A DNA stretch of 64,000 nucleotides from Gemmatimonadales bacterium. Its GTDB lineage: Bacteria; Gemmatimonadota; Gemmatimonadetes; Gemmatimonadales; GWC2-71-9. Under the pieces are notes generated by a model. It searched no databases. It worked only from the letters and a program-made list of their open reading frames with translations, and was not told the DNA's origin. A program made the position numbers and the translations under genes. The stretch is from the NCBI GenBank assembly GCA_039794085.1, contig JBDIWC010000012.1, positions 23,760-87,759 of the forward strand, written 5' to 3'. Position 1 is the first letter of the stretch, and every line of letters begins with the position of its first letter. Shown here one piece after another: positions 48,150 to 55,893 of the stretch.

Positions 48150-48636
48150 TCCGTCTCTTCCGGTCCACGTCCTGCTGTGCCTGGTGCTCGTGGTCGGGGC
48201 ACGCGGCCTGAACGCCCAGGGTCCTCCCTCGGTGGCGGGAGCGAGGCCCCCCGATTCCTCCAGCGCATCCACGGAGCGGGTTCTCAGTCCCTCAGGGGCA
48301 TTCCTCCGGTCCTTTCTGGTGCCCGGCTGGGCCCAGGCCAAGCTCGACCGGCGGCTGACCGCCGCACTCTTCATCGCCTGGGAAGGGGTCACGCTCGGCA
48401 TGAGCCTCAAGACCCACCATGAGCTCGGTGTTCTGCGGCGCCGGGACGATGAGCGGACCGACTCGAAACGACAGGAACGGGAAGACTGGCTGATCCTTCT
48501 CGCGTTCAACCATCTGCTGTCGGGTCTCGAAGCCTTCGTCTCCAGCCAACTCACCGATTTCCCCAGGGACGTGAAGTTGCGAGCCACTCCCGATGCCCCC
48601 GGGGTCATGGGCACCATCCCCTTCCGGATCCGATGA
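48121..48636 (+). CDS. Hypothetical exported/membrane protein (DUF5683-like); start uncertain, overlaps tRNA-Sec
   Basis: SPSGAFLRSFLVPGWAQ motif; signal-peptide-like segment; ATGA-coupled to murI. Confidence 0.7.
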   Translation: MGSIPTRSRHPSLPVHVLLCLVLVVGARGLNAQGPPSVAGARPPDSSSASTERVLSPSGAFLRSFLVPGWAQAKLDRRLTAALFIAWEGVTLGMSLKTHHELGVLRRRDDERTDSKRQEREDWLILLAFNHLLSGLEAFVSSQLTDFPRDVKLRATPDAPGVMGTIPFRIR

Positions 48637-49442
48637 ACCGCGCCCCGGTGGGGATCTTCGATTCGGGTTTGGGTGGGCTCACCGTGGTGCGCTCGGTTGT
48701 GGCCCGGCTCCCCCATGACGACATCGTCTATGTGGGGGACACCGCGCGCGTCCCGTACGGTCCCAAGTCACCCCGGACGGTGCGGCGCTACAGCCACGAG
48801 ATCCTGGCGTGGCTCCTGGCCCGTGGCGTCAAGGCCGTGGTGGTGGCGTGCAATACGAGCACGGCCCACGCCCTGGAGAGCCTGCAGGAGGCCTCCTCGG
48901 TGCCGGTGCTCGGCGTGGTCGATCCGGGAGCCCGGGCCGCGGCCCAGGCCACCCGAACGGGTCGGATCGGAGTGATCGGGACCGTGGGAACAATCGGGAG
49001 CGGGGCCTATGAGCGGGCCCTCCGGTGCTACCGGCCTGACGCCGTGATTCAGCAGCGCGCCTGTCCCCTCTTCGTGCCCCTGGCCGAAGAGGGATGGTTC
49101 GACCACCCGGCGACCGAGCTCGTGGCGCGGGAGTACTTGGCTCCGTGGCTCACCGGAGGCATCGATACCCTGGTTCTCGGCTGCACCCACTACCCCTTGC
49201 TCAAACCCTTGCTGGGACGGATCCTGGGCCCCGACATCGCCTTGATCGACAGCGCAGAGGAGACGGCCATCTCTCTCGCCTCCCTCCTGGCCAACCGGGG
49301 CCTGGAGGGCCCGGCGGATCGGGTACCGTCCCACCGGTTCGCGGTGACCGACGAAGTGGCCCGGTTCCGGGAGGTTGGCGCACGGTTCGTGGGGGCTCCG
49401 CTCGACTCGGTCGATCTGGTGGCACTCACCGACACCGAGTGA
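48633..49442 (+). CDS. murI: Glutamate racemase
   Basis: IFDSGLGGLTV, DTARVPYG, ACNT, LVLGCTHYP. Confidence 0.97.
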   Translation: MNRAPVGIFDSGLGGLTVVRSVVARLPHDDIVYVGDTARVPYGPKSPRTVRRYSHEILAWLLARGVKAVVVACNTSTAHALESLQEASSVPVLGVVDPGARAAAQATRTGRIGVIGTVGTIGSGAYERALRCYRPDAVIQQRACPLFVPLAEEGWFDHPATELVAREYLAPWLTGGIDTLVLGCTHYPLLKPLLGRILGPDIALIDSAEETAISLASLLANRGLEGPADRVPSHRFAVTDEVARFREVGARFVGAPLDSVDLVALTDTE

Positions 49443-49467
49443 CGAGTGCGCCAGCCGGGGGAACGGG

Positions 49468-50202
49468 TCAGCCGAGGGGGAAGTGGAGCAGATCGATGTG
49501 AGAGGGAGTGACCACGGCGTACTGACCCGCCTCCATCCACGCGCCCGGATTGAGCCAGAAGCGACCGGGGTGGAGTTCGGCGCATCGGGCGCGGTGGGTA
49601 TGGCCCAGAATCAGGAGGTCGACGGGAGGATCGGCCGCGAGACGGGTGGCGGCCCAGGACTCCTGCCTCGACATCGCGGCTTCGAGGACGGCCTCGTGGC
49701 GCGTGGTGTCGGCGAGCCGCGGGCTCAGGGTTCGGATCAGGGCCATTCCGAGGTCGGGGTGCAGGAGACCAAAGGCGGCCACGAGGGGCTTGCTCCGGGT
49801 CAGCCGATGGATCAGGCGGGCCCCCTGGTGCTGTTCGGCGAGACCATCGCCGTGCCGGGCTTCGATGCGGCGGCCCGCGGCCTCGAACCGGAGACGGTTC
49901 GGGTGAAACGGGATGCCCATGTCGCGTTCCCAGAAGGTGCCGCCCCACCGATCGTGGTTACCTCCGGTCAGCACGACGGGGATCCGGCGCCGCAGCTGGG
50001 CCAGGGCCCCGGCCACGCGCACTCCGGTGCGGGGGACGGCGCTCCGCCAGGCGAACCAGAAGTCGAAGAGATCCCCGTTGATGAGGAGGCAATCGCCGAG
50101 GGCGGGGGCCTGATCCAGAAAGTCGAGGAGGGCGGTTTCCACCGCATCAGGAACGGCGCCGAGATGGGCGTCGGAAAGGACGACCAATTGATGTCCGAGC
50201 AC
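49468..50202 (-). CDS. lpxH: UDP-2,3-diacylglucosamine diphosphatase (LpxH-like metallophosphoesterase)
   Basis: SDAHLG, NGDLFDFW, GNHD, HGDG, GHTH, NPGAW. Confidence 0.8.
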   Translation of the reverse strand: MLGHQLVVLSDAHLGAVPDAVETALLDFLDQAPALGDCLLINGDLFDFWFAWRSAVPRTGVRVAGALAQLRRRIPVVLTGGNHDRWGGTFWERDMGIPFHPNRLRFEAAGRRIEARHGDGLAEQHQGARLIHRLTRSKPLVAAFGLLHPDLGMALIRTLSPRLADTTRHEAVLEAAMSRQESWAATRLAADPPVDLLILGHTHRARCAELHPGRFWLNPGAWMEAGQYAVVTPSHIDLLHFPLG

Positions 50203-50664
50203 GACACGAAGATAGGGCGACAGGCCGTCTCCCGCCAATCGTCTCCCGGCCCGGTCACCCGCACGACGGTGCGGGTCAACTATTCGGAAACCGATCAGAT
50301 GGGGGTGGTCTACCATGCCCGGTACGCGGTGTGGCTCGACATTGCCCGGACGGAGCACCTGAGGTCGGCGGGGATGTCCTATGCCGATCTCGAGGCCCGC
50401 GGCTTCCGGCTCGCGGTCCTGGAGCTGCAGATCCAGTACCGTCACCCCGCCCGGTTCGATGACCTGATCGAGATTCGCTGCTGGGTGACGGAGTGTGCCT
50501 CGCGCCGGGTGACGTTTGCCTACGACATCAGGCTGCGGGACACGGGAACCCTCCTGGGGACCGCCAGAACGCCCATGATCGTTCTGGATGCGGCATGGCG
50601 ACCGGTGCGGCTCCCCCCCGACGCGGCGGCACTCCTGCCGGTCTCCGGGGGTCCGGACGCGTGA
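50191..50664 (+). CDS. Acyl-CoA thioesterase (YbgC/FadM hotdog family)
   Basis: VRVNYSETDQMGVVYH, ARTE, Y..PARFDD; start uncertain. Confidence 0.9.
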   Translation: MSEHDTKIGRQAVSRQSSPGPVTRTTVRVNYSETDQMGVVYHARYAVWLDIARTEHLRSAGMSYADLEARGFRLAVLELQIQYRHPARFDDLIEIRCWVTECASRRVTFAYDIRLRDTGTLLGTARTPMIVLDAAWRPVRLPPDAAALLPVSGGPDA

Positions 50665-50689
50665 CGGAAGGCCCGCAACCCGTTAGAAT

Positions 50690-51430
50690 ATGAGGATGTA
50701 CAGCCCCTGCCCCCGGAGCCGACCCCGGCCCAATCTCCCCCGCTTTCGCCGGATCGCCCTTCTCGGTATCACCCTTGCGTCCGCCTGCGGAGGGGGCAAG
50801 CTTGCACCCCTCGTGCCGGTGGGGTTGGAACCGTCCTCCGTGGCCGCCGTGGAGCCGTGGATCGACTCCCTGAAGCCCCGGAACTGGCAGTTTCATCGGT
50901 TCCGGTGGCAGTTTCGGGACGACCGGGGAGCAGCCGGGGGGAGGGGAAGCGCCCATGTGGCGGGGCCCGACTCGCTCCGTTTCGATGTGGCCGGTCCGTT
51001 CGGGTCTGGCAAGGCAGCGGCAGCCGTGGTGGGTGACACCGCGATCTGGGCGGAACCGGAGGAGGATGTCCAGCGGCTGGTGCCCAATTACCCGTTGCTC
51101 TGGGCCATGCTCGGGGTCCCTCTCGGTCCCGTGACAGGGGCGGAGGTCCGCCGGTTTGCCAATGACCGGATGGTGGCGTGGCAGTTCGTGCGCGGGGCCG
51201 ACACGGTGGAGTACGCCTGGACGCCGGGGGATCCCGGGGAGTTGATCGCGGACGTGCGGGAGGGGGGCAAGCGCATCGGGCGGGTGACGACCCGGATCGC
51301 GGCGAGCGGGGCTCTGATGTCCTCCCGTCTCCTCGTCCCCTCCGCCCCCGCCCGGCTGGATATTTCGTACTACCTTTCACGGGACGAACCTGCCTTTGAG
51401 CCTGATGTCTGGATCCGTCCTGCGCCTTAG
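50690..51430 (+). CDS. Hypothetical lipoprotein
   Basis: Hydrophobic segment with LASAC lipobox-like motif; beta-rich. Confidence 0.65.
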   Translation: MRMYSPCPRSRPRPNLPRFRRIALLGITLASACGGGKLAPLVPVGLEPSSVAAVEPWIDSLKPRNWQFHRFRWQFRDDRGAAGGRGSAHVAGPDSLRFDVAGPFGSGKAAAAVVGDTAIWAEPEEDVQRLVPNYPLLWAMLGVPLGPVTGAEVRRFANDRMVAWQFVRGADTVEYAWTPGDPGELIADVREGGKRIGRVTTRIAASGALMSSRLLVPSAPARLDISYYLSRDEPAFEPDVWIRPAP

Positions 51431-51896
51431 CGCCTGTCTCCTCCTGGGGGGGTGCTACAGCTTCGCCGGTGGGGGGCTTCCCCCCGCGGTTCGAACCGTG
51501 GCGGTCATCCCCTTCGAAAACCTGACCGCCGATCCGGTCCTGGCCCAGGAAATCAACGACGCCGTGCGGGAGGCGCTCGAACGCCGCCTGGGCCTTCGCC
51601 AGGCGGGGGAGGGAACCGCGGACGCCATCGTGGAAGGATCGATCACCCGATTCGCGGCCGATGTCCCGATCGCCGTGACCGCGAACGAGGCCAACCAGGT
51701 CACCGTCGACCGCCGCCTGGTGCAGATCACGCTCAACGTCCGGATCACCAATCGCGAAACCGGCGACATCATCTGGGAACAGCAGGGGATGCGGCTGGAG
51801 GGTGACTATCAGGGAAATGACGAGGCCGCCGGTCGCCGGAAGGCGCTCGAGCGGCTGACCATCAACATCGTCGATGGAGCGCAGTCGCAATGGTGA
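51405..51896 (+). CDS. lptE: LPS assembly lipoprotein LptE family
   Basis: LGGC-YSF lipobox, VRTVAVIPFEN, ADAIVEGSI, C-terminal W. Confidence 0.78.
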   Translation: MSGSVLRLSACLLLGGCYSFAGGGLPPAVRTVAVIPFENLTADPVLAQEINDAVREALERRLGLRQAGEGTADAIVEGSITRFAADVPIAVTANEANQVTVDRRLVQITLNVRITNRETGDIIWEQQGMRLEGDYQGNDEAAGRRKALERLTINIVDGAQSQW

Positions 51897-52267
51897 ACGC
51901 CCCGGGGAGGGAACGACGCCGAGGCGCCAGCACCCTGGGGTGCCTGTTCTCGCTCGTTCTCTTCCTCGGGACCATCTACTACGGCTCGCAGATCGGGGTC
52001 ATCTACTGGCGGCTCTTCGAGCTCCGGGACAGCATGCGACAGGTCGCCCGCTTTTCCCAGAACCAGACCGACGATCAGGTCCGGCGCCAGCTGGTGTCCC
52101 AGGTCCGGGAAATCGGGCTGCCGCCCGAGGCCACCCGGTTCCGGATCCGGCGGACCGGGCGGCCCAACCGGATCGTCATCGAGACCTCCTACTCCGAAAC
52201 CCTCGAACTCCCCTTCATCGAGGCCCGCGTCATCACGTTCTCCCCCCGGGTGGAGCACAGGTACTGA
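51890..52267 (+). CDS. Hypothetical single-TM protein (DUF4845-like)
   Basis: RRRG-ASTLGCL followed by TM helix. Confidence 0.6.
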   Translation: MVNAPGRERRRGASTLGCLFSLVLFLGTIYYGSQIGVIYWRLFELRDSMRQVARFSQNQTDDQVRRQLVSQVREIGLPPEATRFRIRRTGRPNRIVIETSYSETLELPFIEARVITFSPRVEHRY

Positions 52268-52270
52268 CGG

Positions 52271-52747
52271 GTGTCCTCCTCCCGGTACAAGATCGCGACG
52301 CCGACCGAAGCGATCCGCTGGCGTGCCCGCCAACAGGGGAAGGTCGTCCTGACCAACGGCGTCTTTGATCTCCTGCACCCGGGCCATCTGGACTATCTGG
52401 AAGCGGCCCGCGCCCTGGGCGACGCCCTGATCGTGGCCCTGAACAGCGATGCGTCGGTCCGGCTCCTGGGCAAGGGCCCCGATCGCCCGGTCCTCCCGCT
52501 GGAGGATCGCGCCCGGCTCCTGGCCGGCCTGGGCTCTGTCGATCTCGTGGTTCCCTTCGACGAGGCGACTCCGTTGGCCCTCATCGAAGCGCTGCGTCCG
52601 GATGTGCTCTGCAAGGGGGGTGATTATACTCGTGCTACGATTGTGGGCGCCGATTTCGTGGAACAACAAGGAGGGCTCGTGCAGGTGATTCCCTGGATTC
52701 CCGGCTACTCGACCACCGCGCTTCTCGGGCGGCTTCGTGCGCAGTGA
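52271..52747 (+). CDS. rfaE2: ADP-heptose synthase, adenylyltransferase domain (RfaE domain II)
   Basis: [29 protein letters not shown]. Confidence 0.9.
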   Translation: MSSSRYKIATPTEAIRWRARQQGKVVLTNGVFDLLHPGHLDYLEAARALGDALIVALNSDASVRLLGKGPDRPVLPLEDRARLLAGLGSVDLVVPFDEATPLALIEALRPDVLCKGGDYTRATIVGADFVEQQGGLVQVIPWIPGYSTTALLGRLRAQ

Positions 52748-53444
52748 CGGCCGGAGTGCCACCGATCTGCGGCCCGTGGCTCTCGAACGAGGAGCCAACC
52801 CTTATGCCGAGGGCTCCTGCCTGGTTCGGTTCGGCGGAACCCTGGTCCATTGCACCGCCAGCGTGGAATCCGGCGTCCCGCCGTTCCGCAAGGGGACCGG
52901 CCTCGGATGGGTCACGGCCGAATACGCCATGCTCCCTCGCGCCACGTCGGAACGCACCAGCCGGGAACGACACGGACCGGGTGGGCGAAGCCAGGAGATC
53001 CAACGCCTGATCGGCCGGTCACTCCGCGCCGCCATGGGGACGATGGCGTTCGGGGAGCACACCATCCGGATCGACTGCGATGTGCTCCAGGCCGATGGCG
53101 GGACCCGCACGGCGAGCATCACGGGGGCCTGCGTGGCGCTGGTGGATGCCTGCGCCTGGCTGGCCCGGGAAACGGGGATCGAGTCCCCCTTCGGACGGCT
53201 GGTGGCCGCGGTGTCGGTCGGAGTCGTGGGGGAGGAGATCCTGCTCGATCTCGCCTACATCGAAGACCGGGATGCCGTGGTCGACGCCAACATCGTCATG
53301 CTCGAACCGGACCAGTTTGTCGAAGTGCAGGGGACCGGGGAACAGGGCTCCTTCAGCCGCGCCCAGCTCGACCAACTGGTGGACGTGGCCACCCTCGGCC
53401 TCGCCGATCTGTTCCAACTCCAGCGGAAGACCCTCGGCTGGTGA
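52737..53444 (+). CDS. rph: Ribonuclease PH
   Basis: [44 protein letters not shown]. Confidence 0.97.
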   Translation: MRSDGRSATDLRPVALERGANPYAEGSCLVRFGGTLVHCTASVESGVPPFRKGTGLGWVTAEYAMLPRATSERTSRERHGPGGRSQEIQRLIGRSLRAAMGTMAFGEHTIRIDCDVLQADGGTRTASITGACVALVDACAWLARETGIESPFGRLVAAVSVGVVGEEILLDLAYIEDRDAVVDANIVMLEPDQFVEVQGTGEQGSFSRAQLDQLVDVATLGLADLFQLQRKTLGW

Positions 53445-54070
53445 GGCTGCTGGTCGCCACCCGAAGCCCGGGGAAGCAGAGGGAACTCAGGGCTCTGCTG
53501 GGCTCCCGAGGCATCGAGGTTCTCTTTCCGGGAGATCTCGGACTGGAGCCCGACCCCGCCGAACAGGAGGTCGAGGCCTTCCCGACCTTCGCCCGGAATG
53601 CGGTGGCCAAGGCGGAGTATTTCTTCCGCCGAAGCGGAGGGATCCCGACCCTGGCCGACGACAGTGGCCTGGAGGTGGACGCCCTCGATGGCGCCCCCGG
53701 GGTCCTGTCCAAGCGCTGGGCAGGCCTGGAGGGCGACGGTCCGGAGGTGGACGCCGGCAACAACGCGTACTTGCTCTCCCGGCTGGCCGAGGTCCCCGCA
53801 GACCGGAGGACGGCGCGGTACCGGTGTGTTCTCGCGCTGGTCGAACCGGATGCCGCGCCGGTCACCTTCGTCGGCATGACCGAGGGTACCATCCTCGACT
53901 CCGCCCGAGGATCGGGCGGGTTCGGCTACGATCCGCTCTTCCTGAGTCACGACCTCGGATGCACCTTTGCCGAGGCCCCGGCCGACGCCAAACATGCGGT
54001 GAGCCACCGGGGCCGGGCCCTCCAGGAGTTTCTTCGTTCCCTCACTCTCTCTGAACTCAGGCCTCGATGA
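53441..54070 (+). CDS. rdgB: Non-canonical purine NTP pyrophosphatase (HAM1)
   Basis: ATRSPGK, ADDSGLEVDAL.GAPGV.S, GFGYDPLF, K..VSHRGRA. Confidence 0.95.
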   Translation: MRLLVATRSPGKQRELRALLGSRGIEVLFPGDLGLEPDPAEQEVEAFPTFARNAVAKAEYFFRRSGGIPTLADDSGLEVDALDGAPGVLSKRWAGLEGDGPEVDAGNNAYLLSRLAEVPADRRTARYRCVLALVEPDAAPVTFVGMTEGTILDSARGSGGFGYDPLFLSHDLGCTFAEAPADAKHAVSHRGRALQEFLRSLTLSELRPR

Positions 54071-54849
54071 CCGTCCCCGTCATTCCTCCCACTCGTCTTC
54101 GTCGCACCCTCGAGACGGGGATCGCCGTCGGCACCATGGTGGTGGAGTTTCGCCAGCCCGCCGTCATGCAGCTCCTGGCCAATGCGGGGCTGGACTTCGC
54201 CATTCTCGACAATGAGCACGGCCCCTTCCCGATCGACGCGATCGCCGATCTCTGCCGCGCCGGGGTGACCGCCGGAGTGACCCCGATCGTCCGGCCCCCG
54301 GAGCTCAGCTACGCGCACATCGCCGCCCCGCTCGATGCCGGCGCCCAGGGGATCATGCTTCCCCGGGTGACGACCCCGGCGGAGATCACCACCTGCATCG
54401 AGTATATGAAGTATCCACCGGTGGGAAGGCGTGGGGCGGTGCTGGCCCGGGGGCACACCCAGTTCCGGGGGGGGAATCTGATCGAGGCACTGGCGACGGG
54501 AAATCGGGAGACCTTTCTCATCGTCCAGATCGAAACGCGCGAGGCGGTCGAGCGGCTTGACGACCTGCTGTCAATCCCCGGGGTCGACGCCGCCCTGATC
54601 GGGCCGACCGACCTTTCCCTGGCCCTGGGCGTGGGGGGGGAACTGGAGCACCCCCTCCTGGTCAGCGCCATCGAGGCCACCATTGCCGCCTGCCAGCGGC
54701 ATGGGGTGGTCCCCGCCATTCATCACAACGACGCCGCCCAGGCCGCCCGGTGGGCCGCCGCCGGAATGCGGCTCGTGAGTGTGGGGAGCGAGGCGGGACA
54801 CCTGGTGGCGGGGGCGAGCGGTGCCGCATCCCGGGTGCGAGGTGGGTGA
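54067..54849 (+). CDS. HpcH/HpaI aldolase family protein
   Basis: LDNEHG, LDAGAQG, KYPPVGRRG, VQIET, IGPTDLS. Confidence 0.9.
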   Translation: MTVPVIPPTRLRRTLETGIAVGTMVVEFRQPAVMQLLANAGLDFAILDNEHGPFPIDAIADLCRAGVTAGVTPIVRPPELSYAHIAAPLDAGAQGIMLPRVTTPAEITTCIEYMKYPPVGRRGAVLARGHTQFRGGNLIEALATGNRETFLIVQIETREAVERLDDLLSIPGVDAALIGPTDLSLALGVGGELEHPLLVSAIEATIAACQRHGVVPAIHHNDAAQAARWAAAGMRLVSVGSEAGHLVAGASGAASRVRGG

Positions 54850-54906
54850 CGGGGAGGGGCTTCCCGGCTAGATTGCACACCGCAGGAGCAGTGAAGTCCG
54901 ATCCAA

Positions 54907-54980
54907 CGGGGTGTGGCGCAGTCCGGTAGCGCGCCTGCTTTGGGAGCAGGAGGCCCCGGGTTCGAATCCCGGCGCCCCGA
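54907..54980 (+). tRNA. tRNA-Pro (anticodon TGG)
   Basis: CGGGGTG acceptor, CCTGC-TTTGGGA-GCAGG anticodon arm, TTCGAAT T-loop; CCA not encoded. Confidence 0.95.
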
Positions 54981-55172
54981 TGAAGTAAACTGGGTGTGAT
55001 GACGCAACGGTGTACCCCGGTCACTGTCCTCGTCACCCCCAATGCCGCCGTGGTGGAATACCATGTGGGTTTTTGTGCCCGGTGGGCGGCTATCGTAGTA
55101 GCATTGGCAACTATCAAAAGGTGCATTGCCCCGAGGGATTGCGGAGGGGGTTGGCTGGGTTCGGGGTCAGGG

Positions 55173-55892
55173 TCAGGCCGTGCTGCCCGCCAGGTTAGGA
55201 TGGACCGCGGGCGCCGGGGACCCCACGTTGGCGCGGTACCCGGCATAGAGCAGGAGAAGCCCGAGCAACTCCGTCACATACAACACCTCCACATGGCCGA
55301 AGCGCGTGAAGGTGCCGCCGATTCCCGGCAGGATGGCTCCCACGGCAATCAGCAGGTTGCCGAGCACCCGTCCCCCCGCCTCGCGGCGACGGGCATACTT
55401 GTAGGCCGACCAGAGCGCCCCACCGATCAGGAAGAACACCGCATACAGATTGATGAACGGGCTGAAGAGGCGGACCCAGGTCCACTCCATCACCCGTCCC
55501 GACAGTCGGTACGGCTCCACCAGCGCGAGGTTGAGCGGGCTCAGGAAGACCATGGTGGCCGCGAGGGCCACGGCGGCCACGAGCATCGCCGTGAGTCGGT
55601 CCGCCCAGCGCCGGGACAGGAGCAGGTACACCGTTCCCTGGGCCAGCGGCGCCCCGCCGAGCAGGGCCCCCGACACGTACCAGAGCCGGAACACGAGCGG
55701 GTCCCAGCCGAGAAGGGTGGTGAGGGACTCGGTCAGGGTGCCGACCCCGTACATCGTCACCCCGATGCCCCACCAGAGAAGGTGCAGGCCACCCCGGTCG
55801 CGGTAGCGTTGAAACAGCACGATCGCGAAGGGAATCGAGACGAGGGTCGTCAGGATCGGGAGAAAGTGGACCAGGCTACGTTCGGTCTCCAT
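55173..55892 (-). CDS. Stand-alone multi-pass (~7 TM) membrane protein of unknown function
   Basis: About seven hydrophobic helices; starts 1 nt after the receptor stop. Confidence 0.8.
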   Translation of the reverse strand: METERSLVHFLPILTTLVSIPFAIVLFQRYRDRGGLHLLWWGIGVTMYGVGTLTESLTTLLGWDPLVFRLWYVSGALLGGAPLAQGTVYLLLSRRWADRLTAMLVAAVALAATMVFLSPLNLALVEPYRLSGRVMEWTWVRLFSPFINLYAVFFLIGGALWSAYKYARRREAGGRVLGNLLIAVGAILPGIGGTFTRFGHVEVLYVTELLGLLLLYAGYRANVGSPAPAVHPNLAGSTA

Positions 55893-55893
55893 G

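Noticed and set aside
45054..49500. Selenoprotein (UGA read-through) near selC
   Set aside because: tatD, fhs, ridA and murI end at normal family lengths; no UGA at a catalytic Cys position.
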